Positions 1-8,638 of a DNA stretch of 46,583 nt are shown here, piece by piece. The position numbers and the translations under genes are program-made. The notes beneath the pieces are model-generated. The model had not been told where the DNA came from. It ran no database searches and saw only the letters and a list, made by a program, of their open reading frames with translations. This DNA comes from a virus: UHGV virus genome UHGV-1364951; one strand, 5' to 3'. The stretch's first letter is position 1. Each line of letters opens with the position of its first letter.

Positions 1-13
1 GACTACAAACAAG

Positions 14-502
14 ATGCACTGGAGCGCGCAAATGGACTTTAAAACGCAAATACTCACGGTGATAGAGCGCTGTGGTGGCGCAACCAATGCCATGATACGC
101 AAGCAGACTGGCATGACAAACCGAGCCAGTGTTACTGGCTATCTTATTGAACTGGAGGGCATGGGATTTATTATTAAAGAGGAAAGCGTCAGCTATGGCA
201 GGCGCTGCTTTAAGTATTTACTCAATCCCGATAATACTGCGCTTGATTTGGCAATTCAGACGTATCTTGAGGCGAATCCTGGGCGAAAAAGCAAGCAGAT
301 AGCAGAGGCTGTCGGTGTCAACTACACCATCCTCAAGGCGCGCATGCGCTATCTGGCAAGCATTGGTCAGGTTGATCGCGAAATGCTCCCAGGTGGAGCA
401 TGGAAATATTACTGGCAGGAGATCATCCCATTTGGCATGAGCCGTGACAGGATGATGTTTGAAAAGTTGCTTGCTGGGGCGCGCCAGTCATGTGGGCGGT
501 AA
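14..502 (+). CDS. winged-helix DNA-binding protein (putative transcription regulator)
   Basis: 162 aa ORF; central region has wHTH-like pattern (…ATNAMIRKQTGMTNRASVTGYLIELEGMGFI…); first gene of a rightward block. Confidence 0.45.
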   Translation: MHWSAQMDFKTQILTVIERCGGATNAMIRKQTGMTNRASVTGYLIELEGMGFIIKEESVSYGRRCFKYLLNPDNTALDLAIQTYLEANPGRKSKQIAEAVGVNYTILKARMRYLASIGQVDREMLPGGAWKYYWQEIIPFGMSRDRMMFEKLLAGARQSCGR

Positions 503-690
503 AGCATAAATCAGGAACCGTGCTGTTTGTCACCAACTGTGAACGCACAGCCAGTAATCGTAGAGAGATGGGGTGGATAGTGAAAGAAACAGAATGCCCG
601 CACGAATGGGTTAGCAAAGGAAGCTATCCAGATATTTATTATAAATGCATGTGGTGCGGAGAGTGTACTAATGACGAAAATGACGAGTAG
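490..690 (+). CDS. small Cys-rich (zinc-ribbon-like) protein
   Basis: 66 aa ORF with CxxC…CxxC (VTNCER…YYKCMWCGEC); 4-nt overlap with upstream gene. Confidence 0.35.
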   Translation: MWAVKHKSGTVLFVTNCERTASNRREMGWIVKETECPHEWVSKGSYPDIYYKCMWCGECTNDENDE

Positions 691-940
691 AGAGCAGTTT
701 GAATCATGGCTAGAAGATGTCCATGGATTATACGGGGAAGATGTCGAGTGGCAGCCAGAGCGCAATTGCTACGCTAAATTTGGCATTCATCTTGCCTGGT
801 GTGCATGGCAAGCATCACGCTCATCAATTGAGTTAAACCTTACTTCGGAATGGGACATCTCTTCTGATGGTAGTCGTCACTATGATGCTGACTCTGTTGA
901 TGAGCAATTATTGGCATTAGGAATTAAGGTGAAAAAATGA
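671..940 (+). CDS. hypothetical protein
   Basis: 89 aa ORF, translationally coupled (ATGA overlaps) with neighbours. Confidence 0.4.
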   Translation: MTKMTSREQFESWLEDVHGLYGEDVEWQPERNCYAKFGIHLAWCAWQASRSSIELNLTSEWDISSDGSRHYDADSVDEQLLALGIKVKK

Positions 941-1281
941 AACTACAACTTAACGAAATCATGGAAGCAACAGTCAGTGAACTTGAGGACCTCGATATGA
1001 TTCTTGCATTCGAGATTGAGGCGGTCGAGCGCCAGCTTTCTGGCAACCATGATGCAGGCATAGTATGGAGGGAGAAGGCAATGAAAGCTCGTGACCATAT
1101 GAAACGCACCCGCGCGCTGGTTCGCACTCGCCTTGATAAGCTCTACTACGGCGAAGAAAGAATGTTGCATGGCGCTATTCTGGCTGAAATCCGCAAAACT
1201 ATGCCTGTCGGGAAATTCATGGATGCCGTAAACCGCGCAAAAGTTAACTGCGGAATGCTAAATAAGAATAGTCCTCAATAA
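937..1281 (+). CDS. hypothetical protein
   Basis: 114 aa ORF, start overlaps previous stop. Confidence 0.45.
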   Translation: MKLQLNEIMEATVSELEDLDMILAFEIEAVERQLSGNHDAGIVWREKAMKARDHMKRTRALVRTRLDKLYYGEERMLHGAILAEIRKTMPVGKFMDAVNRAKVNCGMLNKNSPQ

Positions 1282-1325
1282 ATCTTCATCCGTGGCTGTT
1301 ACCTTGCACTCAGGAGGTAGCAGCC

Positions 1326-1448
1326 ATGCCAATCATACTGATATCATTCTTTGCTACTCTTTTCGCTTTTACCGCATCTCCGCTTTACCTTCTCGCGTCC
1401 GTTTCGTGGTGCATATTCATGGTGTGTTATAATCCGGGCATAAAGTAA
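1326..1448 (+). CDS. small hydrophobic peptide (40 aa)
   Basis: ATG preceded by a strong SD (caggaggtagcagccATG); product MPIILISFFATLFAFTASPLYLLASVSWCIFMVCYNPGIK is a single-TM-like peptide; below the 60-aa ORF-track cutoff. Confidence 0.3.
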   Translation: MPIILISFFATLFAFTASPLYLLASVSWCIFMVCYNPGIK

Positions 1449-1463
1449 GCGCGGAGAAAGGTA

Positions 1464-2864
1464 ATGATTGTCAAAATTGGCGACAAGTGGGTCGTTAAAT
1501 CTAAGGATGGCTCGCACCAGTTTGGCGAGTACGACACCGAAGAGGCGGCGAAAAAGCGCCTTGCTGAGGTGGAGGCATTTAAGCACATGAATAATAAATT
1601 ACAGGTTAACATCCTGTACACCATCAACTCAGTCAGCAACATCAGTGAAAAAATCATTGATGGCGACCCGCATTATGTCATCAAGAATGTTGTTCCGGTG
1701 GTGGATGATATTGTCATGAACGGCGGCCTGTACCCTGGCGATGAGATTAAAAAATCATTCCATGGGCTTGACGGGAAGCCAGCGCCATATGACCACCCGA
1801 AGATTGACGGCAAATATGTGTCAGCCAATATGACGCGAGCCGCCAATCAGTTCAGTGTTGGCGCATGGATTGAGAACTCATCTCATGACGGCAGCAAGGC
1901 GCTGGTAGACCTTTATATTAATAAGGTGGTAGCTGAGCGCTCTGATAAAGGCAGAGAATTGCTGTCGCGTATTGATGGACTCAAAGTTAACGGCGCCGAT
2001 GCCGAACCTGTTCAGGTGTCTACCGGATTGCTACTTAACCGCGAGCAGGCGTCTGGAACTTCTAAGGGTAAAAAATATTCCTGGATTGCCAGAAGTATGG
2101 AGTGGGACCACCTCGCCATTCTTCCGCCTGGCATTCCCGGTGCTGGCGGCCCTGCTGATGGTGTCGGTATCTTTGCTGCTAACGGCGAAGACATTGAACG
2201 TGTTGTAGTTAACCTTGAGGAATCGACAATGACCGACGAAAGTGCAAACAAAATAAAATGGTGGCAACGCGCCATCAATCGCCTGACTGGCAATCAGCTG
2301 TCATTCACTGATATTACCGAGCAACTCCGCAATATCATCAAGGCAGAGATGCCAGCTGACTCATGGCCCTATATCGTCGCTGTTTATGATAATTACTTCG
2401 GCGTTGAGATTGACGGCACCATTTATATGCAGTCCTACATCGTCCGCGAGGATATGGTAGAATTAGTCGGTGAACGGGTTAAGGCTGTTTATAAGACAGA
2501 GCTTGAACCGGTAAAAACAACTCAAGGGGAAATCTCAATGACTAACGAGGAATTACAGGCTGCATTAGCCGATGCCCTCAAACCGGTTCAGGAATCGTTG
2601 ACCGCAGTCAACCAGAAACTGGCCGATGTGGAGGCGCAAAACAAAACTCTGCGCGACCAGCTGCAAGCCAATGCTGCGCAGGAAGAAACCGCAATGCGCG
2701 CCGCCATTATGGCTGAGCTGAAGTTGCCGGAATCTGCTGTTAATGCGCTGACTGGCGAAGCACTGCGTGAAACCTATGCGCTCACCAGTAAAGCGGCTCC
2801 GATTTCCGGCGGGTTCCAGCCGAACCGTGCCGAAGAAGATTTTGATATGGAGGCACCTGAATAA
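1464..2864 (+). CDS. putative head scaffolding / prohead maturation protein (DUF2213-like)
   Basis: 466 aa ORF immediately upstream of a decoration-like gene and the major capsid gene; C-terminal third is a Q/A/E-rich coiled-coil region typical of scaffolds. Confidence 0.45.
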   Translation: MIVKIGDKWVVKSKDGSHQFGEYDTEEAAKKRLAEVEAFKHMNNKLQVNILYTINSVSNISEKIIDGDPHYVIKNVVPVVDDIVMNGGLYPGDEIKKSFHGLDGKPAPYDHPKIDGKYVSANMTRAANQFSVGAWIENSSHDGSKALVDLYINKVVAERSDKGRELLSRIDGLKVNGADAEPVQVSTGLLLNREQASGTSKGKKYSWIARSMEWDHLAILPPGIPGAGGPADGVGIFAANGEDIERVVVNLEESTMTDESANKIKWWQRAINRLTGNQLSFTDITEQLRNIIKAEMPADSWPYIVAVYDNYFGVEIDGTIYMQSYIVREDMVELVGERVKAVYKTELEPVKTTQGEISMTNEELQAALADALKPVQESLTAVNQKLADVEAQNKTLRDQLQANAAQEETAMRAAIMAELKLPESAVNALTGEALRETYALTSKAAPISGGFQPNRAEEDFDMEAPE

Positions 2865-3328
2865 TGGCTACTATCCGTTATGGCACCATCATCGGCGGCC
2901 CGGCCCGCAAAAATGACCCGCAGTTGCGCGAAGGCCTGATGAGCACCGCCCTGCAACCGGGCGCGCTGGTCGATTTCAACTCCTCTGACAAAATCATCGC
3001 GCATGCGACTGATGGCGGTCATGGTTTCCCTTACGTTCTGCAACACAACTATGTTGGCGGCGGCGACGTGAGCGAAGCTGTACCGGCGAATGCTACCGGC
3101 ATGGCAGTACAGTGCGAATTTGGCGTAACGTATCACGCTCTGGTTGCGGCATCCTCCGAGCTGGTAAAAGGTACTCCGCTGGCAAGCAATGGCTCCGGCG
3201 CGTTAAAGGTTGCAGAAGCAGGAGAAAATATCCTGTTTTATGCGTATGAAGCCTACACCGTAGCATCTGATGGCGCTGAACTCGTTGCAGTTCGTCGTGC
3301 TGGCAATGCTGCAATGCCTGCGGCGTAA
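2864..3328 (+). CDS. putative head decoration / minor capsid protein
   Basis: 154 aa Gly/Ala-rich ORF lying between the scaffold and major capsid genes; stop/start overlap with upstream gene. Confidence 0.35.
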   Translation: MATIRYGTIIGGPARKNDPQLREGLMSTALQPGALVDFNSSDKIIAHATDGGHGFPYVLQHNYVGGGDVSEAVPANATGMAVQCEFGVTYHALVAASSELVKGTPLASNGSGALKVAEAGENILFYAYEAYTVASDGAELVAVRRAGNAAMPAA

Positions 3329-3339
3329 GGAGCCGAACA

Positions 3340-4428
3340 ATGGAAAAGATTATCTTTACGAAAGGCTTAATCACCAACTCGCAGGTGGTCAAAGAGCAAT
3401 GGCGCCACCTGACTGTTGACCGCAAGGTTTTCATCAATGGTGAAAACGCTCTGGCGAAAGAATACGGCGTGAATGCCACCGCACTGGTAACGAAAGACTA
3501 CTGGCGCGAAGTGGATGACGTGACCACCCGTGTATTCCGCAACGAGTCCGGCATGGACATGATGGCCGACCTGATGACGCTGGCGACCAACATCAACATC
3601 GGTAAGACCGTGGCAATCAGCCGCATGGCTTCCGATGCTGGTAAGGTTGTGCGCACCATCTCCGGGCAGGAGCCTGAAGACATGGATAAAACCCGCTACT
3701 CCTACAGCGGCGATGTAATCCCGATCTTCAAAACCGGTTATGGCCGCGAGTGGCGCGAGCTGCTGGGTATGCAGTCTGAAGGTTTCGACCCGCTGATTGA
3801 TGACCAGGAGAGCACCACCTTCAACCTGCGCGCAGACATGGCTGATTATCTGCTGGTCGGCGATGCAAGCCTGAACGTAAACGGCGTTTATACTGCTTAC
3901 GGTATCACCAACCACCCGAACACCGTGCAGCTCAACCTGAGCGCTTCCGGCACCGGTGCGCTGAACATCGACTTGCAAACGGCAACTCCTGACGAAATCG
4001 TTGAGTTCTTCAACCAGGATTTCCAGGCGGTTCTGGATGCACAGAACGTGTTCGAGCCGGTTACTCTGTGGGTATCTCCGTCTGTGCGTCGCTCCTTCAG
4101 TCGTCCGTACTCCAACGCGGCAGGCTTCAAAGGCGGCACCATTGAGGATTACATCCTCGCATTCGGCAAAACCGGCAACGTTGGCCGCATCGCGTCTATC
4201 GGCACCAACTTCAAGCTGACCGGAAACCATTTCGTCGGCTACGTGAAGAACGCGCTGTATATTCGCCCTCGCGTCGCTCAGCCGGTATCCACCTATGCAG
4301 AGCCGCGTACCACGCCTCACGCTAACTTTAACTTCCTGACCTGGGCTGCTATGGGTCTGCAAATCCGTAAGGATTTCAATGGTCGGAGCAAAGTTTTCAA
4401 CGGCTACGGCACGCAAACCGCGCTGTAA
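3340..4428 (+). CDS. major capsid protein (HK97-fold, DUF2184-like)
   Basis: 362 aa ORF with strong SD (aggagccgaacaATG); high-expression codon bias; followed by an intrinsic terminator; sits downstream of the scaffold gene. Confidence 0.65.
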   Translation: MEKIIFTKGLITNSQVVKEQWRHLTVDRKVFINGENALAKEYGVNATALVTKDYWREVDDVTTRVFRNESGMDMMADLMTLATNINIGKTVAISRMASDAGKVVRTISGQEPEDMDKTRYSYSGDVIPIFKTGYGREWRELLGMQSEGFDPLIDDQESTTFNLRADMADYLLVGDASLNVNGVYTAYGITNHPNTVQLNLSASGTGALNIDLQTATPDEIVEFFNQDFQAVLDAQNVFEPVTLWVSPSVRRSFSRPYSNAAGFKGGTIEDYILAFGKTGNVGRIASIGTNFKLTGNHFVGYVKNALYIRPRVAQPVSTYAEPRTTPHANFNFLTWAAMGLQIRKDFNGRSKVFNGYGTQTAL

Positions 4429-4432
4429 AAAT

Positions 4433-4455
4433 AAAGGGGCGAAAGCCCCTTTTAA
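4433..4455 (+). terminator. rho-independent terminator after capsid gene
   Basis: aaaggggcgaaagcccctttt hairpin plus T-run. Confidence 0.6.
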
Positions 4456-4467
4456 CTATCAGAGGTT

Positions 4468-4851
4468 ATGATGACCAGTAAAGGCATTGAGCAAGAGATT
4501 CAGGACAAAGGCAGTGAAGCGCCACGAGTAACCAGACAACACATTGAAGACGTCATTGTCAGTGAGCACTACTTTACGGGTTATGATGGCATTGGGGGGG
4601 GTGGTGCATGGGCAAAATACAAGTCAGCACTTGACTTGCTTTCGAGCCATGAATCATTAAAACTAATCACATTCTGCATCTTGGTGTTGAAAAACGGATT
4701 CACCGTGACCGGGGAAAGCGCCTGCGCCAGCCCCGCTAATTTCGATGCCGAGATTGGTCGCAAGATTGCCAGAGAGAATGCGGTAAATAAAATCTGGATA
4801 CTGGAGGGATACCTCCTCAAGCAGAACCTTTCGGAGGAAAAAAATGGCTAA
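4468..4851 (+). CDS. Gp49-like (N4 gp49 / Sf6 gp66 family-like) protein
   Basis: 127 aa ORF with its own SD; family assignment is from sequence recall only; contains a G8 homopolymer at 4594-4601. Confidence 0.4.
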   Translation: MMTSKGIEQEIQDKGSEAPRVTRQHIEDVIVSEHYFTGYDGIGGGGAWAKYKSALDLLSSHESLKLITFCILVLKNGFTVTGESACASPANFDAEIGRKIARENAVNKIWILEGYLLKQNLSEEKNG

Positions 4852-5038
4852 ATATGAAGTAATCGCCAGCGGAATCTTCGTCAAGGATAAAGACGGTCGT
4901 CTGCGCGAGCTTGCTATTGGCGATGTCATTGACGAATCCACTCCGCACATTGAGTCAAAACTTCGCCCGGTTAGTGAGAAAATTCTGGAAGTTGCAACTC
5001 CGCAAGAATCGCAGCCAAAGGCGAAGAAAACCAAGTAA
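4844..5038 (+). CDS. hypothetical protein (64 aa)
   Basis: ATGA-overlapped with the previous gene; followed by a terminator. Confidence 0.4.
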   Translation: MAKYEVIASGIFVKDKDGRLRELAIGDVIDESTPHIESKLRPVSEKILEVATPQESQPKAKKTK

Positions 5039-5043
5039 AATAA

Positions 5044-5068
5044 ACCCGCAAACAAGCGGGTTTTTTAT
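5044..5068 (+). terminator. rho-independent terminator
   Basis: acccgcaaacaagcgggtttttt. Confidence 0.6.
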
Positions 5069-5079
5069 TGGGGGTTATC

Positions 5080-5898
5080 ATGGCTGTCAGGTACGAAATA
5101 AACACAACTCCGGCTGACGGAGAGGTTTTGCTTAGCGAAACCATGTCAGCAGACTGGACTGCATTGCAGGTACAGATTGTGCCATTAAACTCTTCCGGCG
5201 GCTATGAGCCATTAACAAGCGGCTCTGTCTCCGTAATGGTATCGCCGTTTGCATCTGGTGACTTCTGGATTGACGTCAACAATAATAATTATTATGGCGT
5301 GGCATTGCGACTGAAGGTGATCAAGTCACAGCTTCCTGCTGGCGTTGCATCCCTGAAAGTCCTGGTGTGGCGAGCCGATACATCAGTACCATCAAGCCAG
5401 GTTGTCGCGCAGTCCTACTCGGAGCTTGCCAATAAGCAAGGAAAGCTATTCACCGCATCGCGTCGCGTGACTGATGTTGCTGGCGGGGCTAACCTTGACA
5501 GTATTTTTATTACCGGTTCAAAACAGGTTGTGTTTAACCAGCGTATTATCGGATACACCGGAAAAGGTGTCGTGGCGTCAATCTACCGTGGAGCCGTAGC
5601 CACTGGCGGCACCGCTGCGGAGATTAATAACCCAAATGACATCGCGCCGCATACTGAAACAGTGCAGCTTCTGACTGGCTCTACGATTACAAGTATTGGG
5701 CAGCTGACGGTAGCCGCGACGTATAGTGAAGGGAACGCATCGAATCAGGGGCAGGGTAATTCGCAGGCAAAACTTGGTGAGCAGGTCATCATGGCGCCTA
5801 ATACTACATATCTGTTGCGCATCACATCCCTGGATACTGCGGCGCAAAATATCAATGCTTACGTTTCGTGGTTTGAGGATGATGCTTATCTTCCGTGA
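5080..5898 (+). CDS. hypothetical protein, possible virion-associated (beta-rich, N/G/S/T-rich)
   Basis: ATG at 5080, in frame with the track ORF 5068..5898 (TTG); 272 aa; own terminator downstream. Confidence 0.4.
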   Translation: MAVRYEINTTPADGEVLLSETMSADWTALQVQIVPLNSSGGYEPLTSGSVSVMVSPFASGDFWIDVNNNNYYGVALRLKVIKSQLPAGVASLKVLVWRADTSVPSSQVVAQSYSELANKQGKLFTASRRVTDVAGGANLDSIFITGSKQVVFNQRIIGYTGKGVVASIYRGAVATGGTAAEINNPNDIAPHTETVQLLTGSTITSIGQLTVAATYSEGNASNQGQGNSQAKLGEQVIMAPNTTYLLRITSLDTAAQNINAYVSWFEDDAYLP

Positions 5899-5905
5899 TA
5901 AAAGA

Positions 5906-5930
5906 AAAGCCCCGTGAAGGGGCTTTATTG
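5906..5930. terminator. bidirectional intrinsic terminator
   Basis: aaagccccgtgaaggggcttt flanked by A-run and T-run; separates the rightward 5080-5898 gene from the leftward clamp-fragment gene. Confidence 0.55.
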
Positions 5931-6467
5931 CTACAGACGCATCGGCATAACAACAATCTTCGCATTCTCGCCAGATGGCGCACTAAGGCAGCAAACTGCG
6001 GCATTTGTATTTCCATTCAATTCAAACTTAACGCCACAGAATTTAGGATTAAACAGCTTCGCGGCTTTCTCGGCATCCACAAGATAGCCAGAATTGAAGC
6101 CAATTTCCTCTGCTGCTTTAGTTTCCTTTGGTATCGCGCGGTCAATATCAGGGAATCTACCATCAATCTCTTCGCAGATACCAGCGCCCCCCATCACGCC
6201 AGCTTCATCATGATACGTTGCAATTTTCGACTTAGTATCAATGATGGCGTAGTCATAGCGTTTTGTTGGTGACTTGCCAATCTTGATAATCACGTTTTCT
6301 GTCAGCTTATTGTCATGAGCGCCTCCAATGAATGCGCGATGACCGTCAGTTGACGCAATGCGACCATCAGGCATGAAGCAGATACCGTTCAGGTAATACC
6401 GCACATCGTTGCGAGCCTGAAATATTAATGCTGATTCAAGTAATAGTTTGCTGATTTTTAGTTTCAT
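5931..6467 (-). CDS. truncated DNA polymerase III beta sliding-clamp (DnaN) homologue
   Basis: 178 aa. It aligns to E. coli beta domain II plus the C-terminal tail: VRYYLNGICF…ASTDGHRAF… ~ YYLNGMLFE…ATDGHRLAV; IDGRFPDIDRAIPK ~ VDGRFPDYRRVLPK; EIGFNSGYLVD ~ EIGFNVSYVLD; KIVVMPMRL ~ AYVVMPMRL. ATG at 6467 (track gives a GTG at 6470). Confidence 0.6.
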   Translation of the reverse strand: MKLKISKLLLESALIFQARNDVRYYLNGICFMPDGRIASTDGHRAFIGGAHDNKLTENVIIKIGKSPTKRYDYAIIDTKSKIATYHDEAGVMGGAGICEEIDGRFPDIDRAIPKETKAAEEIGFNSGYLVDAEKAAKLFNPKFCGVKFELNGNTNAAVCCLSAPSGENAKIVVMPMRL

Positions 6468-6640
6468 CACTTCACCTTAATCATATGCTGTTTTGCAACC
6501 TTCAGGCATTCTTCAAAAATGCCACCCTTCTTTGCGCTCTGATTGCGCCTGTAATACTGAATAGCCGCATCAATTGCCATCTGGTCGATTTCAGGTAGTT
6601 TGGTACGAAGTTGTTTTTCGATGAATTGTTCTGGTGTCAT
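6467..6640 (-). CDS. hypothetical protein (57 aa)
   Basis: MTPEQFIEKQLRTKLPEIDQMAIDAAIQYYRRNQSAKKGGIFEECLKVAKQHMIKVK; ATGA / TGATG overlaps with both neighbours; below the track cutoff. Confidence 0.35.
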   Translation of the reverse strand: MTPEQFIEKQLRTKLPEIDQMAIDAAIQYYRRNQSAKKGGIFEECLKVAKQHMIKVK

Positions 6641-6858
6641 GGGTGTTTCGTTACCTTTTTTATTTTATCTCCAGATAAATAACAGGACGTATATCTTTTA
6701 CTACCTGCTGTTATCCTGCACACAACAAAGCTACCAATCTTTTTTACGGATTCAACAGTAGCCAGTCTATGACTTCCTGGTTGTATCTTGTCTCCGGGCA
6801 TCAATCCATCAACTCTAACTTTTATAATTGATATGCCATCATCTGTTGTAGTCATCAC
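6637..6858 (-). CDS. hypothetical protein (73 aa)
   Basis: track ORF, coupled to the ParB-like gene upstream. Confidence 0.4.
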   Translation of the reverse strand: MMTTTDDGISIIKVRVDGLMPGDKIQPGSHRLATVESVKKIGSFVVCRITAGSKRYTSCYLSGDKIKKVTKHP

Positions 6859-7670
6859 ATCTTCTCCAGAATTGCCATAACCTCGTGAATATCAGCGACA
6901 GGAATCTGGATAAATTCCTCATCCTCTGCCATCACATGACCAGCAGGGAGAATCACGTGGTCTGCTTGCTTCAATAACTCAATCAGGCGGTCTACTGGCT
7001 TAATCTTTTTCGACTTCAGTATCTTCGCTGTGACCTTGTCCTTACCTTGTGCTTTGGCTTCTTCTACTGCCTCGTCGATAACTTTAACCGCATCATCGCC
7101 ATGCTCGCGCGTCACCGCTACGGCATTTGCATAGCTGATTTGTCCTGCACTGATACGCGCTTTTACTTCCGCCGGAACATCACCCAGCGACAGGTGCATT
7201 TGCACGTCAGATACTGAGCGACCTACCTTTTTGGCGATTTCTTCATTCGTCCAGCCAAAGCCTTTCAGTCGCGTGTAAGCCTTTGCACGTTCAAACGGAT
7301 CAAGTTGCTTACCCTGACTGGATGACACCATGAAGGCGATTTTGTCTGCTTCGTCGCCAGTGAAATCCTTACACTCAATACGAACGATTGGCGCACCACG
7401 CTCAATGGCACGCAATGCGCCAAGATAACGATGCTGGCCGTCAAGAATCTTGATGCGCTTTCCGTCGGCATCAGGAATAACAGTTAACGCCGGTATTGGC
7501 TGGCCTGATTCCCAGCACTGTGCGAAGTATTCAACGTGCTGCTCATCGGCTTCGCGGATGTTGTACCCCGGCTCAAGATAAAGCTGGTCTACAGGAACAA
7601 GGTAAGTCTTGTTTACGGTAATTCCATCACGGGTTTCTTTATTTGCATATCTCTGACTTAAAGATGCCAT
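6855..7670 (-). CDS. ParB-like nuclease-domain (ParB/Srx N-terminal domain) protein
   Basis: Motif ILDGQHRYLGAL (ParB-box GxxR); ATG at 7670 preceded by SD gaggaagg (track extends to a TTG at 7706); C-terminal half is K/E-rich and helical. Confidence 0.6.
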   Translation of the reverse strand: MASLSQRYANKETRDGITVNKTYLVPVDQLYLEPGYNIREADEQHVEYFAQCWESGQPIPALTVIPDADGKRIKILDGQHRYLGALRAIERGAPIVRIECKDFTGDEADKIAFMVSSSQGKQLDPFERAKAYTRLKGFGWTNEEIAKKVGRSVSDVQMHLSLGDVPAEVKARISAGQISYANAVAVTREHGDDAVKVIDEAVEEAKAQGKDKVTAKILKSKKIKPVDRLIELLKQADHVILPAGHVMAEDEEFIQIPVADIHEVMAILEKM

Positions 7671-7677
7671 ACCTTCC

Positions 7678-7794
7678 TCACTTTGATAAACAGATTGCGC
7701 TGGCAATGGCGAATCCGATAACGATTAACGCAAGTTTGATTTTGAAGTCGCGCCACGCTTTCAGGTCTTCTTTGCGGATTTCGTGGCGGATCAT
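7678..7794 (-). CDS. small membrane peptide (38 aa)
   Basis: MIRHEIRKEDLKAWRDFKIKLALIVIGFAIASAICLSK; ATGA overlap with the upstream 115-aa gene. Confidence 0.3.
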   Translation of the reverse strand: MIRHEIRKEDLKAWRDFKIKLALIVIGFAIASAICLSK

Positions 7795-8138
7795 TGGGAT
7801 TCTCCGAGTGCTTTGGCGATTGCGGCGCGCGCTTTGTCATATGGGCACATGCATGTAAAACCATTGTGGCCGCATGACTTATTACCACCTGTTTGCTCGG
7901 CCATTAATAATTGAAGTGCTTCCAGCAATTCCGGTGCGGCGGCGATGAGCTGTGCATTAGCCATTAGATAATCCATCTGCTCATCATCCGTGGACAGAGA
8001 CACTACGCATTCGGCGAATCTGTAGTGAGGAATCTCACCGTCATGTTCAAAATCAAAGATTGCCATTCCATCCTTGATTCTCATGCTCCATGGGCCGGGA
8101 TACCCTTTAAAACCTTTCATATTCATCACCTCTAACAT
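7791..8138 (-). CDS. hypothetical protein (115 aa), first gene of leftward operon
   Basis: track ORF; SD gaggtga upstream; conserved promoter immediately upstream. Confidence 0.45.
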   Translation of the reverse strand: MLEVMNMKGFKGYPGPWSMRIKDGMAIFDFEHDGEIPHYRFAECVVSLSTDDEQMDYLMANAQLIAAAPELLEALQLLMAEQTGGNKSCGHNGFTCMCPYDKARAAIAKALGESQ

Positions 8139-8160
8139 TTATTGTTGTTTCTACGTCATC

Positions 8161-8189
8161 ACTATAGCGACACCCTCAATCTACGTCAA
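8161..8189 (-). promoter_or_regulatory. sigma70-like promoter TTGACGtagattg-N10-TATAGT (phage consensus)
   Basis: minus strand reads TTGACGTAGATTGAGGGTGTCGCTATAGT, with a 17-bp spacer. Confidence 0.5.
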
Positions 8190-8350
8190 CACTTTATGAT
8201 AAAATTAAAACAACAACACTCACCCCGCGCTGTTCCGTCCTGAAAAACGTAAGGCGGCGAAATTGGATATGGCAATCGGCGTTATCGTCATAGCGTTTTC
8301 GCTGGTTCAGGTGTGCAGATGCTGGAAGTTCATCATTCGGAGAATAATTA

Positions 8351-8638
8351 ATGAGAGACGCGCTTCAGCACGCCGCAAACCAGATAATTAGTGGCACTGT
8401 CGGCCAGGTAATCGACAAAGCAGGTTATACATCCATCGGCACTGGTCTTGGCCTGAAGGTGGCAGAGCAGACGCCGGTCGCACAATCATACATTGCCTCA
8501 ATGATCCCCCATTCGATTACCGAGTGGGCAGCGGTAGCCTCTATACTTGGCGCGCTGTCACTGGTGGCAAAAAACCTTTTTGAGATGTGGTGGAAGATTC
8601 GGGAGAGCAAAAAGAATGGCAGCACCGACAGCAAGTGA
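8351..8638 (+). CDS. hypothetical protein with C-terminal hydrophobic segment
   Basis: 95 aa track ORF; first gene of the rightward head-tail joining block. Confidence 0.4.
   Translation: MRDALQHAANQIISGTVGQVIDKAGYTSIGTGLGLKVAEQTPVAQSYIASMIPHSITEWAAVASILGALSLVAKNLFEMWWKIRESKKNGSTDSK

Noticed and set aside
3367-4416. 349-aa ORF on the minus strand spanning the whole major capsid gene
   Set aside because: Perfect antisense shadow of a highly expressed, codon-biased gene. There is no SD, the product is Arg/Val/Gly-rich and low-complexity, and the sense-strand ORF has strong capsid-like context.
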